Source: Octopus vulgaris
Lineage: Eukaryota
Length of the DNA: 64,000 nt
Reading direction: 5' to 3'
Assembly (NCBI GenBank): GCA_951406725.2
Contig: OX597821.1
Coordinates: 48,174,001-48,238,000, forward strand
The notes beneath the pieces are model-generated. The model ran no database searches and was not told the DNA's origin. It was given only the letters and a program-made list of their open reading frames with translations. Made by a program: the position numbers and the translations under genes. Shown here in pieces: positions 26,020-40,499 of the stretch; the stretch's first letter is position 1, and each line of letters starts with the position of its first letter.

Positions 26020-26856
26020 TATATATATATGTGTGTATATATATATATAATATATACATACACATATATATATATATATATATATAAACAGCAAATAAGA
26101 AAATGGAGAGGATACAAAATGACATACATCATCTGGTAGACATTCCAGTGGGTTTATCTATTCCAAAACATTAGAAAGTATTATAAGAAAACATACACAG
26201 GTAGTTATTTTGTTATTCTATGACGTCACTACCAGTTGAATGAAGGAATGTCTTAGGTTGAATTCAATTTAGGCATTTCTTTTGGTCAGCATTTATTAAC
26301 TGCTAATTTTTTCAGATGTTCAGTTGGGATTTCACTAATTTTGGATAACCTTGATAATGTTGTATCAACATATATTTTTTAGGATGTTATTATTAATTCT
26401 AATGATATTTCTCTTTCAATATATCTCACTATATCAACACCAGTTGATATCCGGATTTTTAAAAAATCCCTTATGAGGAAATAACATCCACAATATTTGT
26501 ATGCATGTATGTATGTATGTATGTAGAATGTATGTATGTATGTATGTATGTATGTATGTATGTATGTATATATGTATGTATGTGTTAATGCAACTGAAAC
26601 AGTTGTTGGTTTTATAAATTGAGATCTAAAATAAAGATGATTTTCTTTGTGTATATTTTCAGCTGTTAAATATTCTGAATTTCTCAAAATTCTGCAAAAG
26701 GATTGCTGGATTTACCTGTCATCAAATGAGAATTTACCTGAGATTGTATTCTACTTACATTTACAGGTATCTGATTGTTGAACATTTGACCAAATTCTTT
26801 TAATACTGCATGTTTTATTGATATCTGCCAGGATTTTTTAATACCATTTTTCCTCG

Positions 26857-27364
<508 letters not shown>

Positions 27365-27370
<6 letters not shown>

Positions 27371-28165
27371 AGAAAATAGAACACACGTAAACAAGGTGTG
27401 TGTGTGTGTGTACTAGTTCATGGATTAGCTGCATTTTAGGCATAAGAGAATATATTCTCAATGTGCTTTGTGTTAAAAACAACTAAAAGGGAGACAACTC
27501 ACATCAAGTCCTTTTTCACCGTGACAGACATTGAAGTGATGAAGCACTTCATCCCATTTGTTCCTGGGTCTCTCTCCTCTACGAGTTCCATCCATTTTGA
27601 GAGAGTGGCAGTTCTCTATGGAGCTGTTGACATTCAGCTGCATCACATGACCAAATCAGTGCAGTCTTCTCTCTTGCACATTGCCCCAGGTGCATTGAGA
27701 ATATATTCTCTTATGCCTAAAATGAGGCTGACCAATGAACTAACAACACACACACACCTGGTGTATGTGTGTTCGATTTTGTTTATATAACCTGAGCTGC
27801 TTCTAATTTCATATTTGAATTTTTTTCTGTGGCATGAAATGTTGGGATATGCCAGCAGATGGTTTCTAAACCATTTAACATATAGGTCATTGACAGCGAT
27901 ATAGCTTGCAGCAGGCCTTGTTCAGTACACAGCTTGGAAAAGTCACAACAATGAGGAAACATCGATGTCTGTCACTCCGAAAAGAGACCTGATGTCAGTT
28001 GTCTCACTTTCAGGTATTCTTAACATCAGGAGCATTGAGAATATATTCTGTTACATCTAAAATGCAGCCAACCAATGAACTAACAACACACACACACACA
28101 CACCTGTGTATGTGTGTTCAATTTTGTTTATATACCGCAAGCTGTTTCTATTTCATATTTGAATA
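27365..28165. repeat. Inverted plus tandem repeat trio
   Basis: 27365-27540 is the reverse complement of ~27960-28135; 27692-27820 is a direct partial copy of 28032-28165 (GCATTGAGAATATATTCT...AATGAACTAACAACAC). Confidence 0.8.
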
Positions 28166-28170
28166 TATTT

Positions 28171-28540
28171 CATCATCATCATCATCATCATCGTTTAGCA
28201 TCCGCTTTCCATGCTAGCATAGGTTGGACGGTTCAGCTGGGGTCTGGGAAGCCAGAAGGCTGCACCAGGCCCAGTCTGATCTGGCAATGTTTCTACGGCT
28301 GGATGCCCTTCCTAACACCAACCACTCTGTGAGTGCAGTGGGTGCTTTTTACGTGCCACCGGCACAAGTGCCAATCGAGTCTGGCAAACGGCCACAATCG
28401 GATGGTGCTTTTTACATCCCACCGGCATGGGGGCCAGGCGAGGCTGGCAACAGCCACAAACGGATGGTGCTTTTTACGTGCCACCGGCACGAGGCCAGTC
28501 GGGGCAGCACTGGCAACAGTCACGTTCGGATGGTTCTTCT
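28171..28540 (-). mobile_element. RTE LINE 3' UTR with internal ~50-bp repeats
   Basis: (CAT)n, CCATGCTAGCAT, GGATGCCCTTCCTAA and three GGTGCTTTT(T)AC..(G)CCACCGGCA units. Confidence 0.8.
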
Positions 28541-29950
28541 TATAGATATATATTTATACACTAACACTGACAAATATAATCATCAATCATTTGGGCTTCA
28601 TGATATGTGCTTTTGATATCTTCACTTTGTGTTTCAACACCACTGGGTTAAACTTTGTCTTTCATCTTTTCAGGGGTCAATAACTAAAATACCAGTCATG
28701 TAGGACAGAAGTGGTACTGTATCAACCCTTGTGGGTAATCCTACTCTTTCTCTTTTGTACTTATCTGTCTCTCTTTCTGGAAGAAATTAATTGTGGTCAG
28801 GTATAGAGCAGAATTGGCTCCTCCAATTTATCTGTCCATGACATGCCATTTGTTAAGACTTCCTCACAAACACACACACATGCACACACACATGCACGCA
28901 CACATATACACATATACTCATTCACATGTTGAGAGAGAAGACAGCAGAGAAAGAGTGATCCATTTCAGAGATTTGTAGATCTACTCTTATAAAAGGGCAC
29001 ATGTGGATAAGTTTTGACATACAATTTTGTGTCCTCATTATTCCTTCAAATGATGATGACAATGATGACATAACAGAGTTGCAGTAATAGCTGCAATTGC
29101 AGTGGTTGAGGTAGTAGTTGTGGTGTCGTTAGGAATGGTAATAACAATATATTTTGTTGGCAGCAGTAGCTGGTGTAACACATGTCATGTCTGCTGAAGC
29201 ATGGAAGAGAAAGAAACTGAGTGAGGAATGATTACATGTATGGGGAGGACATGGATGGAGAAATGGGAGGAAGAGGTAGAAGAAAAATAACAACAACAAC
29301 ATCAATGACAAAAACAACAAATATATCAACAACTGCAACAACATCGACAAATAACAAGAACAACAATTACTAACAGACAAAATCATCAAGCATTTTATTA
29401 GACAAAGCTGCTTTGCCAATTCAGGTAAAAAAAAAAATGAATGAAAGACTAACCTTTGATATGTTTCAAAGAGGGAAATTCTTGCTAGTGGCTTACACAT
29501 TAAAAACGCCAACTTACTCACACTGACATGCACACACATGTGCTCACACACGTACACACACACAAAGCAATAAGACAGATAATTCTTTTCAGTCGAACTA
29601 ATTTGCTATCTTTCCCTGACAAAAATTATAAAAGAAAATCAAACACAAAATTCTTTCTTTAATCTGTCTTCTGGCAATTTTTTATTTTTTTTATTTAACG
29701 ATTCATACATTAATTTTTTTTTTTTTTTTTTTTTAAGTTTGTATTCTTGTTAAATGAAAATCTGACATTCGATGATCAGCAGAAATGGAAAAAGTTGTCG
29801 AAAGTTTGTAATTCCATTTTTAATTCTTAGCTTCGATAAAAAGGAGGTGCTTTAAAATAGTTGAACTGTTCATAACCTCATTTACATCAAAACACCATGC
29901 TAGGACAGAGACATATCAGGGACAGGAGTGTACAAAAAGAACAGCTATCA

Positions 29951-30180
29951 AGGCGGCAAGCTGGCAGAAACATTAGCACACCAGGCAAAATTCTTAGCGG
30001 AATTCCGTCTGCCGCTACATTCTGAGTTCAAATTCCGCCAAGGTCAACTTTGCCTTTCATCCTTTCAGGGTCGATAAATAAAGTACCAGTTACGCACTGG
30101 GGTCGATATAATCGACTTAATCCCTTTGTCTGTCTTTGTTTGTACCCTCTATGTTTAACTCCTTGTGGGCAATAAAGAAA
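29951..30180 (+). mobile_element. tRNA-derived SINE (family B), MetaSINE-like central domain
   Basis: GAGTTCAAATTCC B box followed by GCCTTTCATCCTTTCAGGGTCGATAAA..AAGTACCAG. Confidence 0.8.
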
Positions 30181-30949
30181 AAAAAACAACAGCTATCATT
30201 GCTTGACCTAGTCTACCTTACTACACATTCTTATGTCAAACAATGTAAACTGTTTGCCCAATGATCCTCTGATTTTGTATTCTAAATCCCTTCAATCCAT
30301 TATCATCATCAGTGTTTTAATGTCTATTTTTTCATACTTACAGGGGGCAGACAAAGGTGCATTGAGGAAGAGTTATTTTTTCTACAGCTGGATGTCCTTC
30401 CTGTTGCGAATCCCCACTTCTTTCCATATGGGTTAATAATTTCTTGATTTACTGAACAGCCAACAGTCCAAATATGTTTTATGGGAGGGACTGGAAACAA
30501 ACAGCATTGTTCAAGAAGTTTTTTGTTTACAAAGACCAAACAACATGCCAAGACATGTCAGAAAACCCTGATATCCTTTTGTGGTGAACTGTAAGCCAAT
30601 GACACTGGCAAGAAGCCACTGTTTGCAAACTAGCAAACATGAGGGAAACATATCAACATACAACTAGTCACACACACAAACACACACACATGGTGATTGC
30701 TCCATCTTCACAGATGAATGCTGTCTCTCTGAGTTTCCTCATTGTCAATGGCATTTCTGACATTCCATCCATGACCTCTTAGATGACTATTCAGTCCTGC
30801 TGTAGATCTGCATCATTTGAAGCAGAAGTAACTGACAAAAGTTGTAACTTCCACTGGATTGATTGGATCACTTTATGAGATACAATCCCTGTGAACTGCT
30901 ATATGTCTCTTCAGGCCCAAAATCATCTTGTAAGCCCTTTCACTACACA

Positions 30950-33150
30950 TATTGAGTCACTCAATCTAGGAGGAAAGATGTTGCACACATGGGATTTCAG
31001 ATGGTTGATACACCCAACCTTGGATAGGAGTACCTGGCCACATGTTTCACACCTCTGACACTTTATGTCCCCACTGAGGCTCTGGTAACAGCCTTTCTGA
31101 AGCCAGCACTTTAGGTTTTCATGTTCAAGGTGACCTGCTTCAAAAGTTTTACAACATGTCCTTACATGCTTCCTGCACTCAGCTCTTTACAAAGCTGGTT
31201 CTTCCCAGTTCTTTACATTGATTTGCAATTCCTTCAGATTGCTTTTTATGTACCTTTTTTATGCTTATGTGCCAAGGATACTTTGCAGTGTACAGCTCTA
31301 TCTTTCATATGCACAACATAGCCTGCCTGATGCATCTGAGTAGATATGATGAGTGATTGGATGCTTGTGCATCCTGCCTTTGCAAAGACGTCTGTGTCTG
31401 GTGTTTTACTTTGACATTTGATGTAGAGTATGTGTCTTGAGCATTTTTTATGAAAGCACTCAAGCAGTTTGAGATGCCTACTGTGTACTGTCTTTGTTTC
31501 AGAAGGGTTCAACAAAGAGTCATTGGTGCACAAGTCTTGTAAGCACTCAATTTAGTCTTGTTGGTGATGCTCCAACTTGCCTAGACTCCCTTTCTAAATT
31601 TCTCAAATGCTATACATGCTTTCTGAATGCATTGATGTATTTCAGCATCTAGGGAGCCATCTCTTGGCAACATGCAGCTCAAGTAAACAAAAGTGTCAAC
31701 TAAACCCAATTTTGTACTGTATATTTCAATATCAGGCTTGACATACCATTCCCCTAGGGCCAATGTGAAGATTACTTTGGTTTTTCTCAAACTTATTTAA
31801 AGATCAACGACCATACATGAATCAGCAAAATGATCCATAATGTGTTGTATGTTGTCAGCTGTGTGAGTGAAAAGTCAATATCGCCAGCATAAAGAAGTTC
31901 CCAGATCAAAGTTTCAAACATAACCAATTTGAAGTTGAACCTTCTCATGTTGAAGCTCTTTCAGTAGTTCTACACTTCAAGAGAACATCCTTTTCACAGT
32001 TGTGGAATGTATGCATAAACAGAACATTAAAGAATATTGAAAAGAGTGTGGGTGCAGGAATGTTACTTTGCTTTGCTAATCAGAACACCTCCATTGTCAA
32101 AGACGGCCCAAGTCTTCATGTCTTGATACAGTTACTTGAACATACTGATAAAAAGTGGTGGGCACCTGACCTTTCCAAGGATTGTCCAAAGTACATATCT
32201 GTTAACTGTATCAAGAGCTTTTGTTAAATAAACAAAGACTTGATATAAAGGCGATTGCTGTTCATTTCCCAAGTATCTGTCTAGCAAAGAATATTATGTT
32301 GATTGTTCCTCTCCATGATCTAAAGCCACTTTGGGATTTAAGGATAACTGTAGGACACATATCTTCCATCAGCCTGTTCATCAAAAGTTTAGCAAGCATT
32401 TTGCCAACAGCTTCCAGGAGTGTAATGCTATTGTATGTGGTCACAAATTCCTTTTTTTCCTTTATCCTTGAGTTAAGTCACTAAAATGCCACCAATCCAT
32501 TTTTTTCATATAGGGGTGCCAGTCCAGCTTTTGGTGATGAGGCTAAATATTGCATGTGTTAACTTTTGCTTCAAGCCTTCAGCAGCTTGACAGGAAGACC
32601 ATCTCGGTCAGGTGCTCTGCCAATGTTTATCTGTTTGAGAGTTTTTTTCACCTCATCATAAGATAATATTTAATCCACTGTGAATTTTGTATGGCATCAA
32701 AGAAGACTTTCTGTGACATATTGTTTAATTACTGATGGATTGTTAAATAAATCAGTGAAGTGTTCATACCAAGACTACAGGAGTTCTTTGTGACTGCAGG
32801 AGTTCATGCCAGGAGTGCAGGAGACTGCACTGGTTCTTTGATTTTAGTGGTGATGTCCTTGGACTTAAGAGGAACAACCATAGAAGATACTAAGCCAAAT
32901 GCTTCATGTAGAACAGAAAACAGCTTCGACTCCTTTGCATCATAGGATCTTTGAATGCCAGATGGGACCTGCAACCAACTCTCATTCTTAATTCTACTGA
33001 GTTCCCATTGTAATGTTACTTTATATTCCTTGTATCCCTTATAAGTTATCTCAGTACAAGGCTATACTGAAAGGAACTTGCACGAAATCTTTTCATGATG
33101 AGCTTGTTCTATTTTCAGTAGCTGGCTGATAGAAGGATTCTTATCAAATC
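30950..33150 (-). mobile_element. RTE/BovB-type LINE, decayed
   Basis: ITLLEAVGKMLAK...QSGFRSWRGT, ELLYAGD, FVYLS..L.RDGSLDAEI, LECFHKKCSRHIL, C-terminal CETC...NHLKSH zinc finger. Confidence 0.85.
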
Positions 33151-34426
33151 AGTTGTTCCTTCAATGTTTCTTTACAGGCTTCTTTCAAATTCTGTTTACA
33201 AATCCACACACAAGGCTTTGTTTGACCAAGAGCTATGAGCCCGAGGTGCCATGCAATGGGTCTGAAACCAAAACTTAAGTGGTTGGGAAGCACATTTCTT
33301 AATCATATAGCCATACCTACACCTTCAGTATAATAACTATTTGTGATGAGATTGGTTATTGATACATTGAAACAAATAACTCTTGTTTTATATGCAGCAT
33401 ATCAAAAGATAAATAATATATTTCTCATCCAGAGATAGATAGGTTAACAGATAGATAGATAGAGAGAGAGAGGAAGAGAGAGAGAGAGGGGAAGAGAGAG
33501 AGAGAGAGAGAAAACAGTGACCTGTTTAATAGCATACCATTTAATTTGTTTTAATTTATATGCATAAGTTCAGTTTTTGAGGGATTTAATTTTCCCTTTG
33601 TTGCTCCAAGGCCAACAAAATGTTAAGTACTCATGTGAATTTAACTGATTATTCCACATGCTTGTGAAAATTAGTCTTGGGAAGGCATCTTGGAAAGGCA
33701 TGTACATAAATATATATATGCGTATGAGTATAAGTGAGGTGTGTGTACATTCAAAACTAAAGAATTATCAATAAAAAAAATCAATGAAATACCAGCAGGT
33801 ATCACTGAAATATATTTTGTTCTCAGATGTGTTTCGTATGACAAACCATGGAGATTTAATCATGCCAAAGTATTTATCAGACTTTTACATTTAAATCTTA
33901 GAGCAAATTTACTAAAGATAACAACATTTCAAGCTTCCTCCTATTTCACAGTTCAATTTTAGGTTAAGAAATCAATAAGCTGACATTTTTTAATGGCTGG
34001 GGAGGGGTATCTTATTCAATTAGAAAAATAGTAAAGAGATTGAAAAAAAATAAATAAGCATGAGTTCAGTAGACTGTGGCTACCCCAAACCATGTGTCTT
34101 ATTGATTTCATGATATTATGGAAAGGCAAAAGGGATAAACAAAGTCTTGTGCATGGGTTTTTGTAGCTCAATGGATTAATGACAGCTACATAAAATAAAA
34201 AATACCATCTGGTATACACTTCGGTCAGTATTATCTCCTTACATGCAAAGCTGGATGTTATCTTTCCATTCTAATATTTTCCACTGAAAGCCAAATCTAG
34301 ATGTGAGTAGCTACATCCCTTTGAGTTTATACATCAACATGATCACAGTCCAAACAACAAAATCTGCTCAAAGAATAAAACATGATTATAAATAAATGCA
34401 TACACACACACACACACACACAACAC

Positions 34427-34489
<63 letters not shown>

Positions 34490-34559
34490 AACACACAGAC
34501 ACACACACACAGACACATACACACACACATACATGCTTACATACAGTGGCCCACAATGT

Positions 34560-34905
34560 GTTTGCAGTGCCAGTACTCATACCAACATTTGAGCTGCTTG
34601 ACTAGATGCTTGATGAGATCCAAGCCATCGATGTGAAAACCCGGAGGATACTAACAAGCAAGCATAATTTCCGCATCAACTATGATGTAGACTGCTTTTG
34701 CCTAAAATGAAAACAAGGCGGCAGAGGTTTAACATTGATCCAGACTACTTTTGAATGTCGTATCATATCCCTTCGGCAACATCTTTTAACTACTAAGTGT
34801 TGAAATGCATCCCTTGACCAACTTTGCATACATGAGGCTGATAACCACTTAAGACTTGGAAAGCAGCTCTTTGAGCAGCATTCCTTGTCTTATAACCTTA
34901 AATAC
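34560..34905 (+). mobile_element. Dong/R4-like fragment, left part of an interrupted element
   Basis: ...DVDCFCLK*KQGGRGL matches the R4-type RLYLPR..GGRGL motif. Confidence 0.6.
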
Positions 34906-34911
34906 ATTCTT

Positions 34912-35128
34912 ATATTCTTTTACTTGTTTCAGTCATTTGACTGTGGTCATGGAGCACTGCATTTAATTGAACAAATTGACTCCAGGACTGATTCTTTGTA
35001 AGCCTAGTATTTATTTTATCAGACGCTTTTGCCAGACTGATTAATTACAGGAATGTAAACACACCAACATTGGTTGTCAAGTGATGGCGGCGGGGCAGTG
35101 GGGACAAACACAGACACACAAATACAAA
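34912..35128 (-). mobile_element. SINE family A, 3' half (split)
   Basis: Matches 4484-4690 and stops at the central microsatellite. Confidence 0.85.
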
Positions 35129-35129
35129 T

Positions 35130-37400
35130 TTATTTTGAGCCAACAGATGAACAAGAAAATCTTATTCGACCTGGAAACCAACTTTTGTTGAACAGCCTAC
35201 CAACTCAAGCGGTTATCAGTGATAAAGAACAACAACAGCCCACTCGGCTGGCAAATTTCCCATGCACCAACTAAACCACCCACTCCGCCCGCCCCCAACC
35301 ACCCGAGAATTCAACCACAAACTATCCAGACTGAAACAGTCTATCTCCAACATCTTAAGGAAGGAATCGAAAATAATACCAAACTTAACCAAGGCACAAC
35401 ATAAAACAGTGACAAAACTAAAAAAACAAAAACCTTATTTACTTAGCATCAGATAAAGGGAAAGAAATCTGCGCGATTTCTTGTGAAAGATATGATAGAC
35501 TGGAACTAGAACATTTAAGCCATGACAGACTATATTCTGAAGTGACAGATACAACCGCAACCAGGATTGAGGATTGAATTGACACCGCATGGACGGACAT
35601 TTGCAGATGGAGATAAATACAAGAACAGATTACCCAGATTCTATCATCTCATTAAAACACACAAGAATAGCAACACAATCCAGCTTAGACCCATCGTCTC
35701 CATTGTGGTAAAACCTCTATATAAAATATCCTGGCTACTTTCTCACATCCTGAAACCCATACTCTCCACCTTTCTTTGACACATCAAAAACTCCAACGAA
35801 GTCATCAAAAGATTGTGCCAACTGCCCCCAGACCAATTCCAGCAAAACAGATAAGCCTTTAGTCTTGATGTTGTCTCAACAGTGCCAACACACTTGTCAG
35901 TCAACCTATTGACAGACTGCGTAATAGTGTTCGACATCCACTACTTCGGACTTACCACAGCTGATGTACATCAACTTTTGTCCATTATCATGGACAACAG
36001 CTACTTCTCTTTCCATGACCACATATACAAACAGACAACAGATCTCCCCATGGGATCCAGTCTCTCATGCCTACTAGCCATCACCTATATGAACCATCTG
36101 GAATGTCGAACACTCAACATCTGCCGCTCATGTGCCTTCTTCACCAGGTACATAGATGGCATCCTCATACTCACATCCTCCCGTGAAGAGGCTGACAGAA
36201 TATTCACGATGTTCAACAACATGGACATAAACATACAGTTCACTATAGAACATCCTAACAACACTGGCTCACTATCGCTTCTTGACTTCCAACTGAAAAT
36301 GACGGAAGAAGAGATCCACACTGAGGAAAGCAGTCAGTAGAGATATATTTGTCCAGTACAGTTCAGCACTTCCACTCGGTGCCAAAATAGGATACGCCAG
36401 AAATGGACTTGCATGCATCCAGAGCAAGTGCAGCAGAACAGAAGATAAGGTGACTCACACTACACACTTCCTAACATATTGAAAACCAACGGGTACCCTA
36501 TATCTATTGTAAATCGGCTTAAGTACCCAAGACTACCAACAAGCTGAACATACAGAAAACCCAGCAACACATGTTTCCTTAAAATACCCCATTTTTGCAA
36601 GAGGATAACTACAGCCATCTGAAGAGCCATAAGAAGGGAAGGACTAGACCTACAACTAGCCCACTCCAGCCCCTCTCTGAAAAGATACTTCACAAAGAAA
36701 CGAGCAAGAGACAGCAATCAATGCACACTAGCAAACAGATTTATGCCAATGACTAAATGTTGTGTATAGAATACAATGTAACAAATGCAACAAGTTCTAT
36801 GTGGGTAGCACAGCAAGACTATTACACTTTCTCATCAAAGAACATCTGAACACGAGAGACTCTTCCTTCAAAAAACTAGACAGATGCTGGAACACCGACA
36901 AAAGCATAACAGTCACAATTGAGGCCAGTGAAAGAAATTTGGGTAATCTAAGAATTAAGGAAGCTATCCTCATAAACAGACTAGGGCCCCAAAATTAACA
37001 ACAGGCTGGAGGTAGGCAGTCAATATATTATTTAACTACATCTGGATGCATATAGGTTCATTTTTGATAACATGCTCATGTATTATTTATAACAAAAATA
37101 GAAAGGAGAAAAAAAGGAAACCGCTCGTATAATACATAACTTAGAAGCAGCGCTACGGATGTGCCAGCACACATGAGCCACCCTCACACACTTCTCATGA
37201 GGAATTCCAGAAGGAACTTTGTGAGACCACTAGAGAAATGCTTCTGGAAAAAAAAACGTTGGAAAACCAATTATAGTAGTGACTCAATCAATTCCTAGAG
37301 ATATCTGAAGAAGGAATTTTTATATTCCAAAATATTATATCAGACTATGGATGAATTAAATTATAATAGTTATTATAGTCCATTGTTATTATTATAGTGC
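35130..37400 (+). mobile_element. Penelope-like retroelement (RT plus GIY-YIG), decayed
   Basis: LPRFYHLIKTHK, LRPIVS, FSLDVVS, YKQTTDLPMGSSLS, RYIDGI, FTIE, LLD, then VVYRIQCNKCNKFYVGST; several stops and frameshifts. Confidence 0.92.
37300..37341 (+). ncRNA. Decayed minimal hammerhead ribozyme in the Penelope 3' terminus
   Basis: GAUAU-CUGAAGA-A-GGAAU(6 nt)AUUCC-aAAA-ua-UU-AUAUC; stems I and II perfect. Confidence 0.7.
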
Positions 37401-37449
37401 ATTGTTGTGCCTTTCAAAGCACATTATTTTTATACATACGTATTTTATA

Positions 37450-37630
37450 TATATATATATATATATATACACACGATCGGATTCTTCCAGTTTCTGTCTA
37501 CCAAATCCACTCACAAGGCTTTGGTTGGCCCAAGACTATAGTAGAAGACATTTGCCCAAGGTGCTACACAATGGGACTGAACCTGGAACCATGTGGTTGG
37601 GAAGCAAGCTTCTTACCACACAGCCACTCC
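37450..37630 (-). mobile_element. SINE family A, 5' half (split)
   Basis: Matches 4700-4862 including the tRNA-like head. Confidence 0.85.
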
Positions 37631-37631
37631 T

Positions 37632-38480
37632 GCTTGTCCAAAGAAATCACCTGACTTTACTACAATGTATCATCAGATGAACAGATGAGCCTATATGAGC
37701 AGAAGTCTATGCATGGATATGTTTGTAGAAACCTTTGTGATGATAGTCACATTGATCATCAAAGCAGTCTATCATGAACCAATTGCCAGATTACTACATC
37801 CCGCTTCGAAGAGTATGCGTTTGCAATCCAAAAACAGAAAATATTACCCAAATACCTGATGCACAAAAGGGACAGCGATGCAGGTAAAGCAGCAAAATGT
37901 AACATCTGATGCAGACTTTGTGGAGTTAACATCAAAAATATCACCTGCCTCATAAGCAGTTGTCCAAAAATGTCATCATTTGTAGCTAGAACACTATATG
38001 ACAAGATCCGTCAGAAGGATAATCCCAAAGACTAAGTAATAAGAACGTACAGTATGGTGGAAATCCTAGTCACTTGTAATAAAAAGGAGCACTGGTGGAA
38101 TGTCCCAATGAAAACCCCAATAAAATGTAAACATAGCAGACCTGATATAATGATTTAAGATAGAGAAAAGAAACTGTGTACAGTTGTGGAAAACAGCTTC
38201 CCAATGGATGTTAATATAAAGCTAAAGATCAGTGATAAAGAGAATACCTACACTGAACTATTGAGAAATCTGCAGATTACAAGAAATACAGATTACAAGT
38301 TCAGGTTTATACCTGTAATTATTTGAGCTCTGGGATATGTAACACACTGCCTAAATACCAATCTTGAGAAATTAAGCTTCTCAAAACCAGAAAGGAAAAA
38401 GCTGATTCAAAAACTACAGATCCAGGCCATCACTGGAACTCTAAAACTCTGTAAAACTTAACAAAAGTTCATCATTTAAA
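37632..38480 (+). mobile_element. Dong/R4-like fragment, right part (RLE region), decayed
   Basis: YEQKSMHGY, FAIQKQK, HWWNVPMKT..KCKHSRPDI, FIPVII*ALG. Confidence 0.7.
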
Positions 38481-38679
38481 TAGATATAAGCATGTCTAGA
38501 TATGCAGCTATATGCATGAGAATACATACATAAAACAAAACAAACAAATCTGCACATATACATACATACCCTGTTGTTGTTGGAATTCCAATGAAGGAGC
38601 TTTGGATCTAGATTAGAAACCAGCTTACTTTTACTTGTACTTGTGATGACATTCACTCAGGGCAAGTTGTGCCGGCTTC

Positions 38680-38985
38680 TACTCTGGTCCTGATGGCATC
38701 ACGAACCATGGCAGCCTACATTCGACGGTCTTGTGCGCAGTCACTGGAGATAGTGAGCCATTTGCAGTTCCATCTGCACAGACCGACCACCTGTAGACCT
38801 GAGAGTTCAGAGATGTCCTAGTTTATCATCGTTGCCCAGGTCATCAGCTGCTTGCCCGTGCGATTGCGCCAGTTGGGAAGTGGAGGTGGGAGGAGGACAT
38901 CACAAATCAGTTCACCCTCTGGATACCAGGCTGCATGACTGACCCACCTTAAGCACCTCTGTAGAAGCATCGAAGGGAGAGGCCA
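38680..38985 (-). mobile_element. RTE-type LINE ORF 3' fragment
   Basis: LQRCLRWVSHAA..PEGELICDVLLP...WRNRTGKQLMTW...AQDRR. Confidence 0.7.
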
Positions 38986-39557
38986 GAGATTCACACAGAA
39001 CGATGCTTTTGTAGTTAGCTGTGTGAAAAATGACTGCTGTACGGACAACTAGGATTTTAGTTCCTTCACATTTCTCTTTCTCTGTTCGCTTTTCAAAGGG
39101 GAATCAGTGTCATAGTTTTTATGATCATTCCGAAAATGCTGCTCAACATTTCCCTTCTTTGGAATAGCAATGGTAGACTGGCAGATGAGGCAAATGCATT
39201 TTGAATATGACATCATGAAAAAAAAGTCCTCCTCCCATTCCGCATGGAAGTGGTAGATTTTTGGTTTCTTACTTGGTCCAGCCTCATTTTTATGCCCTTT
39301 CTTAAATTTAGAAGAAATAAATTGGTAGCTAACTAGGCAACTTGATAGCTTTCGAGGGCTTTGCAGCATTTAGCGTGGTGATGCATGTGTCAGAAAAGGT
39401 CAGCTGTCAGACTAGCTGCTCTGCGTGTCAATCAAGTGACAAATTTCATAGTGATGGATGATAGTCTGACGCCTTTGTTTTTTTAATGCCATGCGATCTA
39501 TCCACATTGCCTTTGCAATTGACTGGTAGCTTGCAATCAACATATTGGGCACCCCTG
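38986..39557 (-). mobile_element. hAT (Buster/Charlie, SPIN/GTF2IRD2-like) transposon 5' end
   Basis: Minus TIR CAGGGGTGCCCAA at 39557; ORF FHAEWEEDFFF...CICLICQSTIAIPKKGNVEQHF..DH (BED-type finger)...QQSFF. Confidence 0.85.
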
Positions 39558-40499
39558 CTGTAGATGGTAAAATATAGATTACAGTATAGAGCTGAAGTGG
39601 TGAATGTATAACCACTAAAAGATGTACAATATTATGCATGAGTAAGCATAGATAATTAGCATATTTGAATTAATAAATCACTGACATTAATCACTTTGAG
39701 ATATTATCTGCATGGCAGACAATCATTAAATTAGTAGTTACATTATTACATGTACACATACACAAAAATGCTTAGTCGTCATCATCATCTTTTTAACATA
39801 CATATATATGTATATATAAACACACACACACGGGTGGGGTGGGGGTCATTAAATTGAAGAGATGGGCTGAGAATGATTTGGAAAATGAAGGCAGGAAAGA
39901 ACAACATCTGGTATGTAGGAGGAAATTTAGGTGACAAGTTTATCTAGTAAGGGTAGAAGCAGAAAAGAGGAGGTTCGCCAATGTCTTACAGCATAAAGAT
40001 TTAGGGATTTGAAGTGTTCTAGATTGTTAGACAGAGTATCAGACAGAATCATGATGCTGTGGGAGAGAAGAGCGTATGGATGGATAATGGTATGCTTCCA
40101 CTCTGTGACTCTGAAAAGTAAAAAGAGGTATGGAAGTGATACTAAGAAAAGTTCTTAAATGTGGAGAAAGGAAGTGTTCCCAATATGAATCCCAGAGTGG
40201 AACTGGCAATCTTAGCTGACATTAATAGTAAGGCAATTAAGACTATAAAGACAAAGGAAGCTTCTAGTTGATCAGAAATCACAACTAAGATGTTTGAAAT
40301 ATGTAGTGCAGTAGGACATGGTATAGTCAACTGTAGAGATGCAGAAGCAATTTGCTAGTGCAAATGCAGTCAGTTAAAAACTCCAAACACCAGGTGCCAG
40401 AAGATTTCAGGGGTCATTAGGGGAGAATATGCACCATTTCAGTGTCTTCCTTTCAACAGCTTTTATAGTGCATCAACTCAATTACTTGTGTAGCAGCAT

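Noticed and set aside
26130-26850. Possible Penelope remnant or minus-strand exon
   Set aside because: Only a GYP-like word and an isolated GTAAGT; too decayed to call.
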